IMG/VR virus record: IMGVR_UViG_3300031787_000065 | Location: 15,387 to 79,386 of that record | Origin: a virus | Reading direction: 5' to 3' (one strand) | DNA length: 64,000 nt | Shown here: positions 58,617 through 64,000 of the stretch, piece after piece | Layout: the number at the start of each line of letters is the position of its first letter | Position numbering within the stretch: the stretch's first letter is position 1 | Notes under the pieces: model-generated | The model's input: only the letters and a program-made list of their open reading frames with translations | Told to the model about the DNA's origin: nothing | The model's database searches: none | Program-made: the position numbers and the translations under genes

Positions 58617-59389
58617 TCTTCAATGTCTTCCTTCCAAACTAAAGATCTCCATTTCTCTCCATCATAATACTTAAGATTATTGTCCGTCTTATCATAGATA
58701 AAGCAACCCTTTTTGGCTCCAGACTTACTAGATGGAACAAATTGTAATACGCTTGTTGCTAGTTTCTTAACATCTAATTTGCTAGTTTTAAGAATAATTT
58801 GTTTAGTAAAGCTTGATAAGGAACTCCATAACCTTTCCACAAACATAACGTTATTAAGAGATAAAGATTGTAATCCATCGTTTAATCTTCCAACTAATGA
58901 GTCTTCAGATACCGCAAAAGAGTGCGGCGTAAAGGGGGCTATGGACGTAATTAGTGAATTAGACTCTAATAAGTTTTCAACATATAATTGAGGAACCGTA
59001 GAATAAGCTATAAGATAATCACAGTCTGTGCATCTAAAGGGCGTACATCCACCTATGCATGCCGATTGATTAGATGGGTCTGATCCAGTAGCTATTGGGA
59101 TTTCTCTGACAATAACAGTTTTACCGTTTTTATCAGCCAAGTACCCAATGCCACGCTCGTATTTTATAACCTTATTATTCTTGACTTGCTCTAGAGCGTA
59201 GAAAAAGCGACAATCATTACCAAATACGTGACTAAAACAATTACAGTCCGTTATGGTCTTATTTTTAATGGCGTAAGAAAGGGGCTGGTTAACATCGCAT
59301 AGCCCGTAAACGCCAAGAAGCTCTATATTGTCTTCGTAATCTATGCGAGCTAGCTCAATCGCCTTGTTCGTTGTTGTTTTCAGATTCAT
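58613..59389 (-). CDS. Hypothetical Cys-rich protein with fibre-like motifs
   Basis: FFYA..YERGIG..VREIP and GCFIYDKTDNNLKYYDGEKW. Confidence 0.5.
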   Translation of the reverse strand: MNLKTTTNKAIELARIDYEDNIELLGVYGLCDVNQPLSYAIKNKTITDCNCFSHVFGNDCRFFYALEQVKNNKVIKYERGIGYLADKNGKTVIVREIPIATGSDPSNQSACIGGCTPFRCTDCDYLIAYSTVPQLYVENLLESNSLITSIAPFTPHSFAVSEDSLVGRLNDGLQSLSLNNVMFVERLWSSLSSFTKQIILKTSKLDVKKLATSVLQFVPSSKSGAKKGCFIYDKTDNNLKYYDGEKWRSLVWKEDIEE

Positions 59390-59519
59390 CCTTGTCCTTT
59401 ACCTCTAAAACCGTGCTAATAGGCTTATCGGGCTTGGATAAATCTTCGACTATTTCGTTTCGCAAAGCGGCTGTAGCCCTGCAATCCAATTGCGTTTCGA
59501 TTTGTTGCTTTTTAATCAT
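59355..59519 (-). CDS. Small acidic protein (54 aa), absent from the ORF track
   Basis: MIKKQQIETQLDCRATAALRNEIVEDLSKPDKPISTVLEVKDKDESENNNEQGD; GGAG SD and late motif upstream. Confidence 0.65.
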   Translation of the reverse strand: MIKKQQIETQLDCRATAALRNEIVEDLSKPDKPISTVLEVKDKDESENNNEQGD

Positions 59520-59538
59520 ATTAATACTCCTGCTATAT

Positions 59539-59546
59539 AATACACG
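59539..59546 (-). promoter_or_regulatory. Putative late promoter CGTGTATT heading the late arm
   Basis: 20 bp upstream of ATG 59519. Confidence 0.6.
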
Positions 59547-59618
59547 GTAACACGGGGAATAACACTGTTTGATCCAAATCTAGTTAACGAACGTACTATA
59601 TAATACAAGGAGGTGGCG

Positions 59619-60806
59619 ATGAGCAAGGATGCTAAATTACATATTGAAAATCTAGAGAATAGGCTTGCACTAACTGGTGCCATTGTGGCTTTTGTTGATT
59701 CTGGCATAGATCTTAATCATAAAGACTTATCAGAGAATATATGGACAAATCCTAGTGAAAAAGTAGACGGAATTGATAACGACAATAACGGGTACATTGA
59801 CGATATTAATGGGTGGGATTTTGCAAATAACGACAATATTCCACAGGACGATTTTTATCACGGAACGCACATTGCGGGAATAGTTGATTCTGTTAGTAAA
59901 AATACTGTCACATTAATGCCCCTTAAGTTCCAAAACTATCAAGGATTGGGATATACGGGGGCGGCGGCGACAGCTATTAACTATGCTACTAAGATGAAAC
60001 TGCGTGGACATAATATAGCGGCTATTAATTTAAGCTGGGGAGGCGGAACTTCATCGTCTCTAGCACTGTATAATGCTATAAAAAATGCTAGTGATGCTGG
60101 AATAGTTGTGGTTATAGCTGCTGGGAACAACTCATCTGATAATGATCTACTGCCACGATATCCTTCGTCATATAAGTTCAACAATACTATTAGTGTGGCT
60201 GGACTCAACTCTAATATGACTCTAGCCGGATATTCTAATTATGGAAAAAATAGTGTTGAGATTGGGGCGATTGGAACGGCGTATTCAACACTTCCTGGAA
60301 ATAATTACGGAACAATTAGTGGAACTAGTATGGCGGCTCCAAATGTGAGCGCAGCAGTAGCAATGCTGAAGAACGTTAATGTTAATTATGGGGCAAATCA
60401 GATTAAGTGGGCAATATTGTCTACGGCTAAGATGGTAGCTGGATTGGTGGATAGAGTAACCTATGGATACTTGGATATTCAAGGGGCTATGGGGCTAAAT
60501 ATGGTTCCAAAGCCAGATATCATACCAATTCAGCCACCACAGCCAATAGTAGTTCCAATAGTTGAGAGCCATGCGCACGTAGTTTCAGTAAACAAACATT
60601 ACGTTAAAACGCAGACTCAAGACGGGGCTGGTAGATTAACAATTAAAATAAACAATAGGGTCAGATATGAGTCTGATGTGTCGGGGTATTCAAGTGTAGC
60701 GATAAAGAGGTGGATGACTAAGCGGTACAATAATGTTACCGTAGTTTTCAAGAGTAATCTGGGCAAAGAGTCAATAATTTATCAAGGGTCTTTGAGGGCA
60801 AGATAA
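59619..60806 (+). CDS. Subtilisin-like S8 protease with planctomycete-type LExRxLL leader
   Basis: VDSG (Asp), HGTHIAG (His), AAGN, GTSMAAP (Ser); DGIDNDNNGYIDD Ca-loop; leader LHIENLENRLAL; AGGAGG SD before ATG 59619. Confidence 0.9.
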   Translation: MSKDAKLHIENLENRLALTGAIVAFVDSGIDLNHKDLSENIWTNPSEKVDGIDNDNNGYIDDINGWDFANNDNIPQDDFYHGTHIAGIVDSVSKNTVTLMPLKFQNYQGLGYTGAAATAINYATKMKLRGHNIAAINLSWGGGTSSSLALYNAIKNASDAGIVVVIAAGNNSSDNDLLPRYPSSYKFNNTISVAGLNSNMTLAGYSNYGKNSVEIGAIGTAYSTLPGNNYGTISGTSMAAPNVSAAVAMLKNVNVNYGANQIKWAILSTAKMVAGLVDRVTYGYLDIQGAMGLNMVPKPDIIPIQPPQPIVVPIVESHAHVVSVNKHYVKTQTQDGAGRLTIKINNRVRYESDVSGYSSVAIKRWMTKRYNNVTVVFKSNLGKESIIYQGSLRAR

Positions 60807-60814
60807 GCAACAGC

Positions 60815-60822
60815 CGTGTATA
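60815..60822 (+). promoter_or_regulatory. Putative late promoter CGTGTATA
   Basis: 40 bp upstream of ATG 60862; also contains TATAAT. Confidence 0.5.
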
Positions 60823-60861
60823 ATAGAGGGGTAGTTTTACAATTCAATATGAGGCTGTGTA

Positions 60862-61848
60862 ATGTCAAGACCAAAAGGGTCAAAAGACTCAAAAAAAAGA
60901 AGAACTAGAAATCAATATGGATTTAGCAAGCAAGATATAGATACGATAAACAAACTAAAAAATCAACATAAAACCAATAAGGATATAGAGAGAGTTACTG
61001 GTTTTAGTAAATCTCAAATTAACAAGATATGCAAAGAGAACAATATTAAGCAAATAGATAATAAAATAATATCAGAAAAAGAAGAATTAATATTAGATGA
61101 AAGTAAAGAAGAAATATGCGGAATTTATATTATTCAATTATTTAGAAAAGATGGATATCAAGGATATTATATTGGTAGCTCAACAAATATAAGAAAAAGA
61201 TGCGTGTCACATCAAAGATTGTTACAAATTAACAACCATTATAATGCTAGGCTGCAAGAGGATTTTAATAATAAAAAGTCTATCAAATATAAAATATGGT
61301 CTATAGAACCAGAATCTGATTTATTAAAAATAGAAAATAATCTTATAAGTCAATATGCGGGACTATATAACACTTGGAGCGCTGTAAATGCTGGTGATAT
61401 TAAAGAATATATAGATTTAGCTATCGAGAAAATAAATGCAAGATATACAGTAGATGTAAATGATGGATGTTGGCTTTATAAATACAAAAGAAAAGATGGA
61501 TACGGTAGGGATATAGGAATTAATATTGATGGTAGAAAAAAATATCTAAAGCCACATCGCGTATCTTACTATGCGCATTATCAAGATTATCCAGAATTAA
61601 TTAGGCATAAATGTAATAATAAGCTTTGCATAAATCCAGAACATTTAGAACCTGGAAGCTATAGAGATAATGGGTTAGATAAGACTCTGTCAAAGTGGCA
61701 AGAGTTTAAAGACAAGTGGAAAGAATACAATGGAGACTATACTAGGATCACAGAGTATTTTGGATACAAAAAGAATTACAAATCATCAAGTGGACAAGAA
61801 TATTATTGTCATATCAAAGCAATCGCTAAAAAGCTTGGGTTGGTTTAA
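60862..61848 (+). CDS. Putative homing endonuclease: HTH + GIY-YIG + HNH (Zn-loop) fusion
   Basis: CGIYII..YYIGSS..R..H and E/N residues; GCW..HRVSY..RHKCNNKLCINPEHL..N; N-terminal RPKGSK and HTH. Confidence 0.8.
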   Translation: MSRPKGSKDSKKRRTRNQYGFSKQDIDTINKLKNQHKTNKDIERVTGFSKSQINKICKENNIKQIDNKIISEKEELILDESKEEICGIYIIQLFRKDGYQGYYIGSSTNIRKRCVSHQRLLQINNHYNARLQEDFNNKKSIKYKIWSIEPESDLLKIENNLISQYAGLYNTWSAVNAGDIKEYIDLAIEKINARYTVDVNDGCWLYKYKRKDGYGRDIGINIDGRKKYLKPHRVSYYAHYQDYPELIRHKCNNKLCINPEHLEPGSYRDNGLDKTLSKWQEFKDKWKEYNGDYTRITEYFGYKKNYKSSSGQEYYCHIKAIAKKLGLV

Positions 61849-62158
61849 TTAGATACTAAAGGATTGGATAATACATTTATATTTTTAATTGCCAATCGTG
61901 CTTTGGATACCCATCGATTTTTCCTATACTGTTTATCTTCACATTTATAAGATAAAACCCCCACCTTCTCTGTATTGCCTATCTTAACATTTTCTGTTCG
62001 TACCCCGCCCCGCGTGTCATAAGTCTATATATAGCAACCACTTACGACACATTCTCACCATACCGAGTGTCCATTCTATAGAGAAAAAATTCTTTTTGAC
62101 GTAACTCCTTATGGGATAATGACTTAGGGAAAATCCAAAATTATTCTAAAGAGAGGGC

Positions 62159-62187
62159 TTGACTTCTGCCGATGATATTGGTATAAT
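62159..62187 (+). promoter_or_regulatory. sigma70-type promoter
   Basis: TTGACT-17-TATAAT. Confidence 0.8.
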
Positions 62188-62223
62188 TAAGCATCAAAGG
62201 AAAAGAGAAGAAAGAGAAAGAAA

Positions 62224-62448
62224 ATGAAAAACGCTACTCACATCAACAGCTTCATCAACAGCCTTCCCAAGGTTGCTCAAAAGAAAGTGTGGAAGGTTAA
62301 GGATTCCAATGGTACGGTTGTTCAGTATGTAGGCTCTACCGATAATCGGAAAAGCACTGCTCAAGTGTACATCAACAACAAGTATCCCGGTCAGACCTTG
62401 ACCCTTACGTTTTCTCACTTCAACGGAATGATTGCTCTCCCCCGATAA
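62224..62448 (+). CDS. Small early hypothetical protein
   Basis: Downstream of a promoter, with purine-rich leader. Confidence 0.7.
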   Translation: MKNATHINSFINSLPKVAQKKVWKVKDSNGTVVQYVGSTDNRKSTAQVYINNKYPGQTLTLTFSHFNGMIALPR

Positions 62449-62454
62449 GAGGGG

Positions 62455-62482
62455 TTGACGGGCGGGAAAAGTTTGCTAGAAT
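62455..62482 (+). promoter_or_regulatory. sigma70-type promoter
   Basis: TTGACG-16-TAGAAT with extended -10 TG. Confidence 0.65.
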
Positions 62483-62508
62483 ATTGGTATAAGAAAGAGA
62501 GAAAGATT

Positions 62509-62721
62509 ATGAGCAAGAATGAAGTGATGATGATTGTGGAAAAGATTTTCGGTGATGATGCTAATCGTGTTCGCGTTAACATGAGTGGTGATTGCTACCG
62601 CATCGAATGGGAAGATGGTTGCCATTCGGTTAGGGTTAACGAAAAAAATGCGTTTGACAAGATTAACGATCTCTACTATGATGTTGCTTGTGAGAATGCT
62701 TCCGAGTTTGGTTGGTCGTGA
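62509..62721 (+). CDS. Small early hypothetical protein
   Basis: Start moved to ATG 62509 (MSKNEV) after the AAGAAAGAGA leader. Confidence 0.7.
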   Translation: MSKNEVMMIVEKIFGDDANRVRVNMSGDCYRIEWEDGCHSVRVNEKNAFDKINDLYYDVACENASEFGWS

Positions 62722-62736
62722 ATAAAGGGTAAGAAA

Positions 62737-62907
62737 ATGGTTTTCTATATGTATCGTGCTGTTGATGCTAAGCGTTTAGGCACAGTGTTTGCTAAAGATT
62801 GGGTTGACGCCCGTACACTAGCCACCGAAAAGTGGGGATATAAGTTTGGCGAGGTATTCGCCTGTACAGCCCCATTGCCAGAGGAAAATGGCTTAGTGAT
62901 TTGGTGA
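62737..62907 (+). CDS. Small early hypothetical protein (56 aa), absent from the ORF track
   Basis: MVFYMYRAVDAKRLGTVFAKDWVDARTLATEKWGYKFGEVFACTAPLPEENGLVIW; AAGGG SD-like sequence. Confidence 0.6.
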   Translation: MVFYMYRAVDAKRLGTVFAKDWVDARTLATEKWGYKFGEVFACTAPLPEENGLVIW

Positions 62908-63053
62908 ACGTAAACCCTTTCACCATAAGGACTTAGGGCAAATCGGCCCCGCCAAAATCCACGTAAGTATTTGTGGTATATAGACTTACGACGAATATGT
63001 TTTCTTTCTCCTTTGGCATAGAAATATATTTCTGATTTTCTTAAGAAAGCCTA

Positions 63054-63081
63054 TTGACGCAGCCGATAAATAGAGTATAAT
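63054..63081 (+). promoter_or_regulatory. sigma70-type promoter
   Basis: TTGACG-16-TATAAT. Confidence 0.75.
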
Positions 63082-63101
63082 TAAGGCATAAGAAAGAGAG
63101 A

Positions 63102-63272
63102 ATGAAAATGAAAAACCTGTCGCACCAAGAAATGATTGAAATGGCTATGGGATTCGGATACGATGGTGAGCCGATTGAGGCTGTGTATGATATGTGCGAT
63201 ATCTTCAAGGTTTCAGACGAGAAGAGAAAGCAACTTGTGGCTGCGTATGAGGAAGGGCATTTTGATTGGTAA
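63102..63272 (+). CDS. Small early acidic protein (56 aa), absent from the ORF track
   Basis: MKMKNLSHQEMIEMAMGFGYDGEPIEAVYDMCDIFKVSDEKRKQLVAAYEEGHFDW, after a promoter and AAGAAAGAGA leader. Confidence 0.65.
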   Translation: MKMKNLSHQEMIEMAMGFGYDGEPIEAVYDMCDIFKVSDEKRKQLVAAYEEGHFDW

Positions 63273-63287
63273 AACATTTGTTCAGTA

Positions 63288-63316
63288 TTGACAGATTAAA
63301 AGCCGATCTATAGAAT
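63288..63316 (+). promoter_or_regulatory. sigma70-type promoter
   Basis: TTGACA-17-TAGAAT. Confidence 0.75.
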
Positions 63317-63334
63317 ACAGCCAAAGGAAAACAA

Positions 63335-63484
63335 ATGACCATTCAAGTTCAAAATACCGTTCGTCGCCTTGTTGCTCGTCATGGATATTCGGCAACATTT
63401 GTTCAGCATATGGGCGAAGGAATTAGCCTTTACAGCGTTGGCGGAATCATGTATCGTATTCGTGGTGATGGCACGATTCTCTAA
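63335..63484 (+). CDS. Small early protein (49 aa), absent from the ORF track
   Basis: MTIQVQNTVRRLVARHGYSATFVQHMGEGISLYSVGGIMYRIRGDGTIL; AAAGGA SD. Confidence 0.65.
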   Translation: MTIQVQNTVRRLVARHGYSATFVQHMGEGISLYSVGGIMYRIRGDGTIL

Positions 63485-63507
63485 TTCTCTAGAATAAGGA
63501 ATAAGGT

Positions 63508-63702
63508 ATGCAGATGAATAGCCTTGACAAAATTCTTTCCGCCATGCGTACAGGTAAGTATGGTAGCGTTGTTGACACTAAGGGTAGTGTACATGTGGGC
63601 ATCATCAACTCTATCATGCGTGAGGATGGTAGCGGTAGGAACTGGATCGTATCAGTGACCAACCGTACAGTAAGCGAACAGGTTTTTATCCACGCGACGT
63701 AA
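63508..63702 (+). CDS. Small early hypothetical protein (beta-rich)
   Basis: AAGGA SD; the stop codon lies inside the palindromic box at 63698. Confidence 0.7.
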   Translation: MQMNSLDKILSAMRTGKYGSVVDTKGSVHVGIINSIMREDGSGRNWIVSVTNRTVSEQVFIHAT

Positions 63703-63784
63703 GTTGTTGTGGGATAAAGACTTAGAGCAAATCGGGCGGGCCATTTTTGACGTAAACCCTTGCTGCGTATAGACTTACGGCGAG

Positions 63785-63859
63785 TGTTGCAAAATGCGGA
63801 GCAAAATGCTACACAGTGTAGCAAAATGCAACAGTCATTCTGACAGTGCCAATCTGGCA
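63785..63859. promoter_or_regulatory. Cluster of five CA-N3-TG palindromes (candidate activator-binding sites)
   Basis: GCAAAATGC three times (including TGTAGCAAAATGCAACA), GTCATTCTGAC and TGCCAATCTGGCA. Confidence 0.55.
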
Positions 63860-63915
63860 TAGATCGTAAGTCGAATAGAATCAACCACTTAGGACAACAA
63901 AAAATATTTCTGACT

Positions 63916-63932
63916 TTGGCACGGAGAGTGCA
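63916..63932 (+). promoter_or_regulatory. sigma54 (-24/-12)-type promoter
   Basis: TTGGCACG-GAGA-GTGCA; GG-N10-GC spacing; one mismatch to TGGCACG-N4-TTGC. Confidence 0.6.
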
Positions 63933-63965
63933 TATATATAGAGCATAAGAAAGAGAGTTTGAAAG

Positions 63966-64000
63966 ATGAAAATGGTTGAAACTAAGTTTGGTCCGATTGG
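63966..64000 (+). CDS. Early ORF, truncated by the window end
   Basis: MKMVETKFGPI.. after the AAGAAAGAGA leader. Confidence 0.5.
   Translation, partial: MKMVETKFGPI

Larger units (their letters stand above)
62018..63893. repeat. Seven dispersed 29-bp imperfect palindromes, CGTAAGTCNWT-N7-AWNGACTTACG
   Basis: Copies at 62018, 62100, 62909, 62962, 63698, 63751 and 63865; all have TAA(G/A/C)(T/C)-N15-ACTTA. Confidence 0.85.

Noticed and set aside
59516-59707. Track ORF of 63 aa on the - strand
   Set aside because: It overlaps the subtilisin start and the promoter region; the SD-supported 59355-59519 ORF explains the region better.
63012-63030. TTTGGCATAG (and CTGGCATAG at 63854) as extra sigma54 promoters
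   Set aside because: They have only the -24 half, with no GC at the -12 position.
62194-63884. Minus-strand ORFs 62194-62418, 63041-63277 and 63489-63884
   Set aside because: They are antisense to promoter- and leader-supported + strand ORFs, and two of them run through regulatory elements.
62018-63893. CRISPR array interpretation of the 29-bp repeats
   Set aside because: The copies are degenerate in their centres, irregularly spaced (53 to about 800 bp) and separated by genes and promoters; there are no cas genes in the window.
1-64000. Stop-codon recoding, tRNA genes, DGR or integrase
   Set aside because: ORFs are long and tightly packed in the standard code. I recognised no cloverleaf, reverse transcriptase or recombinase by eye; tRNAscan and HMM searches were not run.

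Overview
The window is a 64-kb segment of a large tailed dsDNA phage (Caudoviricetes, siphovirus-like, standard genetic code). A planctomycete host is inferred from an LExRxLL-type leader on a subtilisin and from a Pro/Val/Tyr-rich secreted peptide. Bases 1-3.9 kb (+) are the end of an arm with glycosyltransferase-like genes, a Vsr/EDxHD-like endonuclease, a Rad52-like annealing protein and a small secreted protein, closed by a bidirectional terminator. Bases 3.9-59.5 kb (-) are the late module. In transcription order it holds a short sigma factor, a candidate TerS, Gmd, HNH, ERCC4, ClpP-like protease, TerL, portal, protease/scaffold, decoration protein, MCP, fibres, neck, tail tube, two paralogous chaperones, a 2283-aa tape measure protein and very large tail-tip proteins. 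A shared GTGTATW motif precedes many of these genes. Bases 59.6-61.8 kb (+) hold a subtilisin and a GIY-YIG/HNH fusion nuclease. Bases 62-64 kb (+) are an early-type region of tiny ORFs with sigma70 promoters, seven 29-bp 11-7-11 palindromic boxes and a complete sigma54-like promoter layout. The most notable observations are the modular tape measure protein with repeated FAxGG/DTVPA-GEFV modules flanking a PD-(D/E)xK-like cargo, the early-region palindrome/sigma54 layout, an integrin-like tail adhesin, and Ser-Gly/poly-Thr signatures suggesting a glycosylated virion. All calls come from motif reading by eye; no searches were run.
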